Source: Macrostomum lignano (taxonomy: Eukaryota). Taken from it: a stretch of 64,000 nucleotides of DNA. Positions 25,437 to 37,307 of the stretch are shown here, in pieces (position 1 is the first letter of the stretch; each line of letters begins with the position of its first letter). The DNA is taken from positions 1 through 64,000 of the forward strand of contig NIVC01002724.1 of NCBI GenBank assembly GCA_002269645.1, given 5' to 3'. A program made the position numbers and the translations under genes. The notes beneath the pieces are model-generated. The model did no database searches, was not told where the DNA came from, and saw only the letters and a program-made list of their open reading frames with translations.

Positions 25437-28400
25437 GTTTGTGTTGGCTGGTGCCATTTCAGATCCCACAGTTTCATCAACTCTTAAAATCTCATCAATC
25501 CCACAATCTCGGCACTCCCACAATCTGAGCACTCATTAGCTTGACACTCCCACAACCTGAGCACTCTCACAATCTCGGCACTCCCACAATAGTCGAACTC
25601 TAAAAATCTACACATCCTCAATCTCGGCCCTACCATAATCTCAGCACTCCCGCGATCTCTTAGAACTCTCACAATCTTAGAACTCTCACAATCTGAGCAT
25701 TCCACAATCTTAAAACTCTCACAATCTGAGCACTCCCACAATCTTAGAACTCTCACAATCTGAGCACTCCCACAATCTTAGAACTCTCACAATCTGAGCA
25801 CTCCCACAATCTTAGAACTCTCACAATCTGAGCACTCCCATAATCTTAGAACTCTCACTATCTGAGCACTCCCACCATCTTTGAACTTTCACAATCTGAG
25901 CACTCCACAATCTCGGCCCTCCCATTATCTTAGAACTTCCATAATCTCAGCCCTCCCACAATCTGAGCACTCTCACAATCTGAGCGTTCCCACAATCTTA
26001 GAACTCTCAAAATCCGAGCACTGCCACAATATCGGCAAGTCAATAATCTAAGTAGTCTCAAAGTCTGAGCACTCTCACAATATCCAACTGCCGCAGGTTG
26101 TAGTGGAAAAGAAGCTGATGCGAGAGCGCGGCCTGACCCGACACGACCTCGGCCGGGAAGCATTCGAACAAGAAATCTGGCGCTATCGCAACGAGAAAGG
26201 CGATCGAATCTATTATCAATTGCGTCATCTCGGCTGCTCATGCGATTGGTCACGGGCTCGATTCACAATGGAACCAAAAATGAGTCGGGCCGTTATTGAA
26301 GCCTTCGTTCGCATGCACGGCATGGGCCTGATGTACCGGGCCAACCGGCTGGTTAACTGGTCCTGCACCCTGCGCAGCGCCATCTCCGATATCGAAGTGG
26401 AAAAGAAGGAACTGACTGGCAGGAAAGCGCTTCACGTGCCCGGCTACGAGCAGCCCATTGAGTTCGGCGTGCTCACCCATTTTGCCTATCCGTTAGCAGA
26501 TTCGGATGAGAAGATTGTCGTGGCTACTACTCGGCCGGAAACTATGCTGGGCGACACTGCTGTGGCTGTGCACCCGGAAGATCCTAGGTAGGTTGCGGTT
26601 ATTAATTACTTGTAGAATTGTGTTGATTGTGTTTGAAATTTTGCCGTATCGAATGTATCGAAAATAGAGTTTGCACAGGTTATGATGTACTAGAAAGCGT
26701 CATTTTAAATTAGCTTGCCGTTATGTATCAAAAAATCATTATCAGAGTAGATCATTGGTAAAATTGCCCGATATGTATCGAAAATCACATATCTAGATCG
26801 ATTGTCGATTGGCCGATATGAATAGAAAATCACTTTATCAGCGTGTTACATTATATAGTACAGTTAGCCGATATGTATCGAAAATTAATTTATAGGCGTA
26901 TTGGATTACATCGTAAAATCGGCCGATATGTATCGAAAATCACTTTATCAATGTTTTATATTAGATTGTAAAATCGGCCGATATGTATCAAAAATCACTT
27001 TATCAGCGTTTTATGTTAGATTATAAAATCGGCCGATATGTATCGAAAATCACTTTATCAGCGTATTGGATTACAGTAAAATCGGCCGATATGTATCGAA
27101 AATCACTTTATCAGCGTATTGGATTACATTATGTAATGTATTCGGCCGATATGTATCGATAATAGCAATTAAATTATTCGAAACCAACTCTCCGCTCCCC
27201 CTAGATACAAGCACATGCACGACCGTCGTATCGTTCATCCGTTCTTCCCCGACCGGGAGATGCGCGTCGTTGCTGACAGCTTTGTCGAGCGCGAGTTCGG
27301 CACAGGCGCGGTGAAAATCACCCCGGCTCACGACGCCAACGATTTTGAATGCGGCATTCGTAACAATCTCGCCTTTATCACAGTCATCGGCGAGGACGGT
27401 CGCATCGCCGACAATTGCGGCGAGTTCTCCGGTTTGCCCCGGTTCGATGCTCGCCAACGCGTTGTGGACGCTTTGAAAGCCAAGGGTCTCTGGATTGGAG
27501 AGCAGGACAATCCTATGGTTGTGCCAATTTGTAGTCGCAGCAAAGACGTTATTGAACCGCTAATTAAGCCGCAATGGTTTGTTCTTTTATCATGCTTGTT
27601 TTACACTATAAAAGTTGTGCAGTGATAACTTGACTTTAATATTTAACAATCGTAGGGTTTCAGAATTAAAAAGTTCGCCCCAAAGTTCTATTTCTATTTT
27701 AAAAATCCTGAATTCGATGAAAAATTGCCCAGATTTCTGTAATAATCGCCCCAGATTTACATAAAAATCGCCTTAGATTTCTAATCACCTTAGATTTCTA
27801 TGAAAAATCGCCCCTGTTTCTATGTAAAATAGCCCCAGATTTCTATGAAGAATCGCTCCAGATTTCTATGAAGAATCACCCCAGATTTCTATGAAGAATC
27901 ACCCCAGATTTCTATAAATAATCGCCCCAGATTTTTATGAAGAATCGCCCCAGATTTCTATGAAAAATCGCCCCAGATTTCTATGAAGAATCGCCCCTAA
28001 ATTTCTATGAAAAATCACCTCAGATTTCTATGAAGAATCACCCCAGATTTCTATAAATAATCGCCCCAGATTTTTATGAAGAATCGCCCCAGATTTCTAT
28101 GAAGAATCACCCCAGATTTCTATGAAGAATCACCCCCGATTTCTATGAAGAATCGCCCCTAAATTTCTATGAAGAATCGCCCCAGATTTCTATAAAGAAT
28201 CACCCCAGATTTCTATAAAGAATCACCCCAGATTTCTATGAAGAATCACCCCAGATTTCTATGAAGAATCACCCCAGATTTCTATGAAGAATCGCCCCAG
28301 ATTTCTATGAAAAATCGCCCCAGATTTCTATGAAGAATCGCCCCTAAATTTCTATGAAAAATCACCTCAGATTTCTATGAAGAATCGCCCCTAGATTTCC

Positions 28401-31400
28401 ATGAAAAATCGCCCCAGATTTCTATGAAGAATCGCTCCAGATTTCTATGAAGAATCACCCCAGATTTCTATGAAGAATCACCCCAGATTTCTATGAAAAA
28501 TCGCCCCAGATTTCTATGAAGAATCGCCCCTAGATTTCCATGAAAAATCGCCCCAGATTTCTATGAAGAATCGCCCCAGATTTCTATAAAGAATCACCCC
28601 AGATTTCTATGAAAAATCGCCCCAGATTTCTATGAAGAATCGCCCCTAAATTTCTATAAAGAATCGCCCCAGATTTCTATAAAGAATCGTCCCAGATTTC
28701 TATGAAGAATCGCCCCAGATTTCTATGAAAAATCGCTCCAGATTTCTATGAAGAATCGCCCCAGATTTCTATAAAAAATCGCTCCAGATTTCTATGAAGA
28801 ATCGCCTTCAATCTTGCACTCCAGGTACGTCCGCTGCGAAGGCATGGCCAAGCGCGCCTTAGACGCGGTGGAATCTGGCGAACTGCAGCTCATACCCGAA
28901 TATCACAATCGAGTTTGGCGCGAATGGCTCAGCAACTGTCGCGATTGGTGCATCAGCCGCCAGCTCTGGTGGGGCCATCAGGTGCCGGCTTGGCTGCCGC
29001 TGATCGACGGTAAACCGGCAGGCGGATGCGACCCCAATAGCGGCGACTCCTGGCTGATTGGGCGCAACCATGACGAGGCGATGGCTCAGGCCAGGGCCAA
29101 GTGGCCTAAAGAGGCCGCTGAAGGCCGGCTGACTTTAAAGCAGGTAAATAAAAAGGTGTTGGCAGCCAGCCACCCATCCCGTGATTCAATAAGGAATCTC
29201 ATGACCCCCTTCTGCGAGATTCATATGACCCCTCACTTAAGAAATCATTGGGGAGTCATATGACCCCCTCATCCAAGAGAAATCATCAGGGAGTCATACG
29301 ACCCCCTCACCCAAGAGAAATCATTGGGGAGTCATACGACCCCCTCATCCAAGAGAAATCATCAGGGAGTCATACGACCCCCTCACCCAAGAGAAATCAT
29401 TGGGGAGTCATACGACCCCCTCACCCAAGAGAAATCATGAGGGAGTCATACGACCCCCTCACCCAAGAGAAATCATCAGGGAGTCATACGACCCCCTCAC
29501 CCAAGAGAAATCATCAGGGAGTCATACGACCCCCTCACCCAAGAGAAATCATCAGGGAGTCATACGACCCCCTCACCCAAGAGAAATCATGAGGGAGTCA
29601 TACGACCCCCTCACCCAAGAGAAATCATGAGGGAGTCATACGACCCCCTCATCCAAGAGAAATCATTGGGGAGTCATACGACCGCCTCACCCAAGAGAAA
29701 TCATCAGGGTGTCATATGACCCCCTCACCCAAGAGAAATCATCAGAGTGTCATATGACCCCCTCACCAAAGAGAAATCATCAGAGTGTCATATGACCCCA
29801 CCAGAGAATCTCAGGATGTCACTCACAGGACTCTTTTTTACCTACCGATTTCTTTTCATTAATGAAGTATTTCAAGATAAGCTCTAAAGTAACTTCACAA
29901 TTTCACTCGCAGGACCCGGACGTCTTGGACACCTGGTTCAGCTCTCAACTATTTCCATTTAGCGTATTCGATTGGCCAGATCAAACTCTAGAATTGAGCA
30001 CATTCTATCCTGGCACTCTTTTGGAGACTGGACACGACATCCTGTTTTTCTGGGTGGCCCGAATGGTTATGGCCGGATTAACATTGATGGACAAGCTGCC
30101 CTTTCGCTACGTGTATCTTCACGCTATTGTTCGCGACTCTCATGGACAGAAAATGTCCAAATCTAAGGGCAACGTCATCGATCCAATGGACGTCATTAAT
30201 GGCATCACGCTTGAGGTTCGCGTCATTTTTGGATTTTGGGATTATACTGCATAATATTGTTTGCAATATGCTCACATAAGCTACTCAACAACTACTCAGA
30301 TAAGCTACTCAGAAACTACTCAGATAAGCTACTCAGAAACTACTTAGATAAGCTACTCAGAAACTACTCAGATAAGCTACTCAGAAACTACTTAGATAAG
30401 CTACTCAACAAATACTCAGATAAGCTACTCAGAAACTACTCAGATAAGCTACTCAGAAACTACTTAGATAAGCTACTTAACAACTACTCAGATAAGCTAC
30501 TCAGAAACTACTCAGATAAGCTACTCAGAAACTACTTAGATAAGCTACTCAGAAACTACTCAGATAAGCTACTCAGAAACTACTTAGATAAGCTACTCAA
30601 CAAATACTCAGATAAGCTACTCAGAAACTACTCAGATAAGCTACTCAGAAACTACTTAGATAAGCTACTTAACAACTACTCAGATAAGCTACTCAGAAAC
30701 TACTCAGATAAGCTACTCAGAAACTACTTAGATAAGCTACTCAGAAACTACTCAGATAAGCTACTCAGAAACTACTTAGATAAGCTACTCAGAAACTACT
30801 CAGATAAGCTACTCAGAAACTACTCAGATAAGCTACTCAACAACTACTCAGATAAGCTACTCAGAAACTACTCAAATAAGCTACTTAATAACTCCTTAGA
30901 TAAGCTACTCAACAACTACTCAGATAAGCTACTCAGATAAGCTACTCAGAAACTACTTAGATAAGCTACTCAACAACTACTCAGATAAGCTACTTAATAA
31001 CTCCTTAGATAAGCTACTCAGAAACTACTTAGATAAGCTACTCAACAAATACTCAGACAAGCTACTCAGAAACTACTCAGATAAGCTACTCAGAAACTAC
31101 TTAGATAAGCTACTCAACAACTACTCAGATAAGCTACTCAGAATCTACTCAGATAAGCTACTCAGAAACTACTCAGATAAGCTACTCAGAAACTACTCGG
31201 ATAAGCTACTCAACAACTACTCAGATAAGCTACTCAACAACTACTCAGATCAGCTACTCAGAAACTACTCGGATAAGCTACTCAACAACTACTCAGATAA
31301 GCTACTCAAAAACTACTCAGATAAGCTACTCAAAAACTGCTCAGATAAGCTACTCAAAAACTACTCAAATAAGCTACTTAATAACTCCTTAGATAAGCTA

Positions 31401-34400
31401 CTCAAAAACTGCTCAGATAAGCTACTCAAAAACTACTCAAATAAGCTACTTAATAACTCCTTAGATAAGCTACTCAAAAACTGCTCAGATAAGCTACTCA
31501 AAAACTGCTCAGATAAGCTACTCAAAAATTGCTCAGATAAGCTACTCAAAAACTACTCAAATAAGCTACTTAATAACTCCTTAGATAAGCTACTCAAAAA
31601 CTGCTCAGATAAGCTACTCAAAAACTACTCAAATAAGCTACTTAATAACTCCTTAGATAAGCTACTCAAAAACTGCTCAGATAAGCTACTCAAAAACTAC
31701 TCAAATAAGCTACTTAATAACTCCTTAGATAAGCTACTCAAAAACTGCTCAGATAAGCTACTCAAAAACTGCTCAGATAAGCTACTCAAAAATTGCTCAG
31801 ATAAGCTACTCAAAAACTACTCAAATAAGCTACTTAATAACTCCTTAGATAAGCTACTCAAAAACTGCTCAGATAAGCTACTCAAAAACTACTCAAATAA
31901 GCTACTTAATAACTCCTTAGATAAGCTACTCAAAAACTGCTTAGATAAGCTACTCAAAAACTGCTCAGATAAGCTACTCAAAAACTGCTCAGATAAGCTA
32001 CTCAAAAACTACTCAAATAAGCTACTTAATAACTCCTTAGATAAGCTACTCAAAAACTGCTCAGATAAGCTACTCAAAAACTGCTCAGATAAGCTACTCA
32101 AAAACTGCTCAGATAAGCTACTCAAAAACTACTCAAATAAGCTACTTAATAACTCCTTAGATAAGCTACTCAAAAACTGCTCAGATAAGCTACTCAAAGA
32201 TTCACCTTTAACATAGAAGTTTGTTATCCAAAAAATCCCACAGTCTCTTCACGCTCAACTCGAAGATTCGAACCTGGACCGTCGCGAGATTGATCGAGCT
32301 CGCCAGTGCCAGAAGGAAGATTATCCCAATGGCATTCCTGAGTGCGGCACCGACGCCCTGCGCTTCGCTCTCTGCGCCTACAGCGCTCAAGGACGCGATA
32401 TCAACTTGGACGTGCTACGAGTTCAAGGATATCGGTTCTTCTGCAACAAGATGTGGCAAGCTGTACGCTATGTGCTTATGTGTCTGGGCGATTCGTTTCA
32501 ACTGCCCGAGACTCGGCTGCCGCATCGAATTGGCAGCTCGTTGGATCAATGGATTCTGTCTAGGCTGACCTACACTGTGCGAGCTATTGACAAAGGATTG
32601 GAGGCCTACGACTTCCAGGTTTGTGTGGACCTTAGTTATAGCATGATAGTCCCTTTGCATCATTGGCGAGAATTCTCCTACCCTAATAGTAAGATTCCCC
32701 TACCCTAATGGTAAGATTTCCCGCTCTCTAATGGTGAGAATCCCCAATCCCTAATGGTGAGATTCCCCAATCCCTAATGGTGAGATTCCCCAATCCCTAA
32801 TGGTGAGATTCCCCAATCCCAAATAGTGAGATTCCCCAATCCCTAATGGTGAGAATCCCCAATCACTAATGGTGAGATTCCCCAATCCCCAATAGTGAGA
32901 TTCCCCAATCCCTAATGGTGAGAATCCCCAATCCCTAATAGTGAGATTCCCCTATCCCTAATGGTGAGATTCCCCAATCCCCAATAGTGAGATTCCCCAA
33001 TCCCTAATGGTGAGATTCCCCAATCCCTAATGGTGAGAATCCCCAATCCCTAATAGTGAGATTCCCCAATCCCTAATGGTGAGATTCCCCAATCCCTAAT
33101 AGTGAGATTCCCCAATCCCTAATGGTGAGAATCCCCAATCCCTAATGGTGAGATTCCCCAATCCCCAATAGTGAGATTCCCCAATCCCTAATGGTGGGAA
33201 TACCCAATCCCTAATGGTGACATTCCCCAATCCCCAATAGTGAGATTCCCCAATCCCTAATGGTGAGATTCCCCAATCCCTAATGGTGACATTCCCCAAT
33301 CCCCAAAAATGAGATTCCCCAATCCTTAATGGTGAGAATCCCCAATCCCCAATGGTGAGATTCCCCAATCCTTAATAATGAGAATCCCCAATCCCTAATG
33401 GTGAGATTCCCCAATCCCCAATAGTGAGATTCCCCAATCCTTAATAATGAGAATCCCCAATCCCTAATGGTGAGATTCCCCAATCCCCAATAGTGAGATT
33501 CCCCAATCACTAATGGAGAGAATCCCCAATCACCAATGGTGAGATTCCCCAATCCCCAATAGTGAGATTCCCCAATCACTAATGGTGAGATTCCCCAATC
33601 CCCAATAGTCAGATTCCCCAATCACTAATGGTGAGATTCCCCAATCCCCAATAGTGAGATTCCCCAATCCCTAATGGTGAGATTCCCCAATCCCCTGTCC
33701 ACTCCAGTCGGCCACCACCGCCTGCTACAATTTCTGGCTGTACGACTTCTGCGATGTGTACCTGGAGTACTCGAAGCTCGCCTTAAAGGACCCCGAATAC
33801 GACGCCGACTTGATCAGGCACACGCTGTACATCTGCTGCGACACGGGCCTGCGACTGGCTCATCCATTCATGCCCTTCATCACTGAGGAGCTCTGGCAGC
33901 GATTGCCTCGACATCCGCCGACGCCGCTGTTCTCCGAGCCCAGCCTGTGTGTTGCTGAGTTCCCTTCGATTGGCGAGTTTCACTGCTATCGTAAAGAGCA
34001 TTGCGAGACTGAGGTTGATCAGCTGATCAAAATTATTAAGGTGAGAATAAAGTGCATATTTCGACTTTTGTCCTAATAAGCACCATTGATACTTGACGTT
34101 TCTAACAAACAGTATTTCATGAACACAATTTCTAAGAATCTTGAATCTGTTCTAGTAATCAGTATCCATTTTCTAGTAATCAGTATTCCTTTTCTAGTAA
34201 TCAGTATCCCATTTCTAGTAATCAGTCTCCCATTTCTAGTAATCAGTCTCCCATTTCTAGTAATCAGTATCCCTTTCTAGTAATCAGTATCCCTTTCTAG
34301 TAATCAGTATCCCTTTTCTAGTAATCAGTATAAGATTCATTTTTGAAGCATTTCTAAGAAAGCCTGTAAGCTATTACTACTATATTATTATTACCATACC

Positions 34401-35417
34401 GCCCTGTAGGCAGTCCGCAGTCTCCGCGGTGAATACCAGCTGACTGGACGCCAGCGAACTCGCGCCATTCTGGTCACAGCAGATTCCGAACTCGCTGCTC
34501 TAGTACAACGAGAGCAGAAACCATTGTGCAGCCTCTCCAACTGCTCCATCATCGAGTGCAGCAGCAGTCGTCCAACCGAAGCCTGCGCTATGAACACCCT
34601 GAACGATCGGGTTGAACTGCACCTGGTCCTAGCTGGCATTGTTGACCTCGCCAAGGAGGCCGCCCGGCTGGCATCCCGGCTGGACACCCTCGACAAGCAG
34701 GTGGCGAAGCTTCGCGAACAGCTTGACGCGCCGGGCTCGGCGAGCATGCCGGAGGCTGTCCGTGCGGCCAACAGAGACAAGCTGGAGAAGCTGCTGACCG
34801 AACGGGCCAAGCTGGCCGAGTCAGCTGTTGTGTCTGGCGGCAGCGGCGGCATCAAGCAGCTGATTCGCCTGTCGAATAGCAAATCCGCTTATCTACTGAC
34901 TGAAGCGGCCAAGTGCATTGCTAATCTGCTTGGCAACGGGCAGAAGATCACTACTGTTCAAGTGGCCGACAAGCAGACTCGAGACCGGCTAATCAACTGT
35001 AACAATATGCCAAATGGAAATGCCGAATTCGTAGCGACATTCGATAGTTCCAACCCCAATGATGCAATCTTTGATTTGATTGGCCTGTGCCACCGACTGC
35101 AGCCGGGTGTGCATTGCGCCAGAGACCAATGGATTAGCCTGGCTATTAGCCGCCTATTGCCAGCCGTGGTTGCCATGGCAACTAACAGCCGGCATTCTTC
35201 TATTGGCCGCTGTCAATTTGTAGACTTTGCCCGAATGCTGAATGGCTACTTGGCTACCAGGACTTTTCTGGTCGGCGAGTCGCTCAGTGCTGCCGATGCG
35301 GCTGTTGCAAGTCTTCTTCAACAGGTTTCTAGCGATGTTGCCGTGACAACATTGACCGAGTTTGGCAATGTTAGACGGTATTTGGATCTGATGAAGCACC
35401 GGGAGCCGCTTGCCTGA
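24915..35417 (+). CDS. VARS1: Valyl-tRNA synthetase, cytosolic type, with a C-terminal GST-like extension; join(24915..25436,26097..26587,27205..27576,28825..29143,29913..30215,32244..32618,33708..34040,34410..35417), ~1240 aa
   Basis: All introns are GT-AG and the phases close (3723 nt). Motifs: [19 protein letters not shown], editing domain [85 protein letters not shown]. Confidence 0.97.
25495..26080. repeat. ValRS intron 1 minisatellite, alternating CACAATCTGAGCACTC / CACAATCTTAGAACTC
   Basis: Direct inspection. Confidence 0.9.
26097..26587 (+). CDS. VARS1: ValRS exon 2
   Basis: VVEKKL...HPEDPR; splice sites in phase. Confidence 0.95.
26770..27160. repeat. ValRS intron 2 ~55-bp repeat, core GGCCGATATGTATCGAAAATCACTTTATCA
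   Basis: Direct inspection. Confidence 0.85.
27205..27576 (+). CDS. VARS1: ValRS exon 3 (editing domain)
   Basis: [12 protein letters not shown]; [16 protein letters not shown]. Confidence 0.95.
27730..28810. repeat. ValRS intron 3 23-bp minisatellite GCCCCAGATTTCTATGAAGAATC
   Basis: Direct inspection. Confidence 0.95.
28825..29143 (+). CDS. VARS1: ValRS exon 4
   Basis: [12 protein letters not shown]. Confidence 0.95.
29200..29800. repeat. ValRS intron 4 38-bp minisatellite GACCCCCTCACCCAAGAGAAATCATCAGGGAGTCATAC
   Basis: Direct inspection. Confidence 0.95.
29913..30215 (+). CDS. VARS1: ValRS exon 5 (KMSKS)
   Basis: [11 protein letters not shown]; [12 protein letters not shown]; [12 protein letters not shown]. 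Confidence 0.96.
30275..32200. repeat. ValRS intron 5 24-bp minisatellite GATAAGCTACTCAGAAACTACTCA
   Basis: Variant composition shifts along the array. Confidence 0.95.
32244..32618 (+). CDS. VARS1: ValRS exon 6; not captured as one ORF in the track
   Basis: [12 protein letters not shown]...[12 protein letters not shown]...[10 protein letters not shown]...DQWILSRL. Confidence 0.95.
32690..33695. repeat. ValRS intron 6 23-bp minisatellite TGGTGAGATTCCCCAATCCCTAA
   Basis: Direct inspection. Confidence 0.95.
33708..34040 (+). CDS. VARS1: ValRS exon 7 (anticodon-binding domain)
   Basis: [14 protein letters not shown]; [14 protein letters not shown]. Confidence 0.95.
34150..34330. repeat. ValRS intron 7 ~21-bp repeat TTTCTAGTAATCAGTATCCC
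   Basis: Direct inspection. Confidence 0.9.
34410..35417 (+). CDS. VARS1: ValRS exon 8 (coiled-coil arm plus GST-like domain)
   Basis: Acceptor ctgtag; AVRSLR...DLAKEAARL coiled coil, a GGSGG linker, then ~188 aa to TGA. Confidence 0.92.
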   Translation, partial: AVRSLRGEYQLTGRQRTRAILVTADSELAALVQREQKPLCSLSNCSIIECSSSRPTEACAMNTLNDRVELHLVLAGIVDLAKEAARLASRLDTLDKQVAKLREQLDAPGSASMPEAVRAANRDKLEKLLTERAKLAESAVVSGGSGGIKQLIRLSNSKSAYLLTEAAKCIANLLGNGQKITTVQVADKQTRDRLINCNNMPNGNAEFVATFDSSNPNDAIFDLIGLCHRLQPGVHCARDQWISLAISRLLPAVVAMATNSRHSSIGRCQFVDFARMLNGYLATRTFLVGESLSAADAAVASLLQQVSSDVAVTTLTEFGNVRRYLDLMKHREPLA

Positions 35418-35582
35418 GGAGACTGGGCAATAATTACCGTCTTAATTTGACCTTATTAATTCCCATGACTCCTTTTTGGTGACAGCTATAAAACTGGGAA
35501 TATTTACAATTACAGGATTTAGAAACTTAATTTATCACCAATCAACCCCTCCCCAGGTAAAGTCTTGTTTATTTGCGCCATA

Positions 35583-35612
35583 AATAAACATTTTTGTTTA
35601 ATTAGTAATAAA
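35583..35612 (+). terminator. Candidate ValRS polyadenylation signals (two AATAAA)
   Basis: AATAAA at 35583 and 35607, ~170-190 nt past the stop codon. Confidence 0.6.
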
Positions 35613-35939
35613 AATGTTTATGCTACTTACTGTAATCTAATTACTGATATTTTATTCGAAAGTTGTTGAATTGACATTAGAAAAAGACAAGTAGAAAATG
35701 GACCACTTGATTCAATTAATTGCGACTGGCTAATGTATTTGCAAAGTATAAAAAATGTGCCGCCATCACTCAGTCGTGCTCCGCTCAAAACATTGATTTG
35801 AAAATGCAATTGCCTTGAATATAACTGCGTGTGCTGAATCTTCGATTGGAAGATTGCTGACTAAAAATAGGAGTTTGTTGATTGCAGCCTCTGGACAAAT
35901 AAGTCAAGTATTTGAATTTTCGTTCATTTGCTGCCGGCG

Positions 35940-36520
35940 ACCTTCCAGATCCTCAGTTGCTGGGCCAGCCTCCCAGATCCTCAGTTGCTGGGCCACCAGC
36001 CTCCCAGATCTTCAGTTGCTGGGCCAGACTCCCAGATCCTCAGTTGCTGGGCCAGCCTCCCAGATCCTCAGTTGCTGGGCCAGCCTCTCAGATCCTCAGT
36101 TGCTGGGCCAGTCTCTCAGATTCTCAGTTGCTGGGCCAGCCTCCCAGATTCTCAATTGCTGGGCCAGCCTCCCAGATCCTCAGTTACTGGGCCAGCCTCC
36201 CAGATTCTCAGTTGCTGGGCCAGTCTCCCAGATTCTCAGTTGCTGGGCCAGCCTACCAGATCCTCAGTTGCTGGGCCAGTCTCCCAGATTCTCAGTTGCT
36301 GGGCCAGCCTCCCAGATCCTCAGTTGCTGGACCAGCCTCCCAGATCCTCAGTTACTGGGCCACCAACTTCCCAGATCCTCAGTTGCTGGGCCAGTCTCCC
36401 AGATTCTCAGTTGCTGGGCCAGCCTCCCAGATCCCCAGTTGCTGGACCAGCCTCCCAGATCCTCAGTTGCTGGGCCACCAGCCTCCCAGATCCCCAGTTG
36501 CTGGGCCAGTCTCTCAGATC
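35940..36520. repeat. 28-bp minisatellite CCCAGATCCTCAGTTGCTGGGCCAGCCT (diverged copy)
   Basis: Same unit as 38497-38915. Confidence 0.95.
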
Positions 36521-37219
36521 GGCACAATTATAACAAATCGCACTATTACATGTACACACAAGGATTTGAGGTCCAACCCCCAGGCATACGAGAGTGTACA
36601 TGCGGCTAAATATATTAATAATAATCCCAATGAGTGTACCGTCTCGATAGAATGTACATGTACGAGCGTACATATGCAATTAACCCGGTCAAGCCTATCG
36701 AGCTGGGCACCTCAATTGGAGTGCACGCGAGGGAAATGCAATCCCATGCAATTAGACAGCTGCACTACAAGATAAAGTACATACATGTACGCGTAAGTAC
36801 CTGAACGCAGATCTGCAGTTGGCGTTAGTAGCGTACATGTTACGCAGGAATTTTTGGTGAATGGTATGTTTCTCTTGTACTCGTACATGTAGTTAAAACT
36901 GTATCTACTACAAACAATGCTTCAATAAAAGGAGGCGATAATATCGAGAAATTATTCAATTTGACAAAAACAATATGATATCCATGCACCAAAAGTCACA
37001 ATAGCGTATAAAAACTGATAACCATGACCGTGTTTTACATTCAGTATAAAGGTGATATGCAATATTGCGAAAGTTTAGCTGAAGATAAACTGCAAACAGA
37101 ATAATTGTTTGTCTACCGTAAAATCCTAAGGGTAAGAAAGGTAAATTATTTTTGTTTATAGATAATTCCGAGCGAAATTTTACTGAAAAATCAATTTAAA
37201 ATGTAATAACCAGATTCGA

Positions 37220-37307
37220 TCAGTTAAGAAGAATATCCACCAGCTGCTTCAGGTCGTCCACGTAAGCCGTTGGGGTCACGCTAGGGTGCGGCTCGTCTGC
37301 GCTCGGT
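37220..37307 (-). CDS. LHPP: LHPP exon 4 ([28 protein letters not shown])
   Basis: Acceptor ttttaatttcag; matches the LHPP C-terminus. Confidence 0.9.

Noticed and set aside
27730-33695. Regular short repeats that superficially resemble CRISPR arrays
   Set aside because: There are no unique spacers and no cas genes, and they lie inside eukaryotic introns.
34391-34882. Antisense ORFs over the ValRS, LHPP and GPCR exons (e.g. 34391-34882, 38012-38488, 59160-59429)
   Set aside because: These are shadow ORFs of GC-rich coding exons.
36540-36900. Cluster of TACATGTA/GTAC palindromic motifs
   Set aside because: No consistent long stem, TIR or TSD could be built from them.
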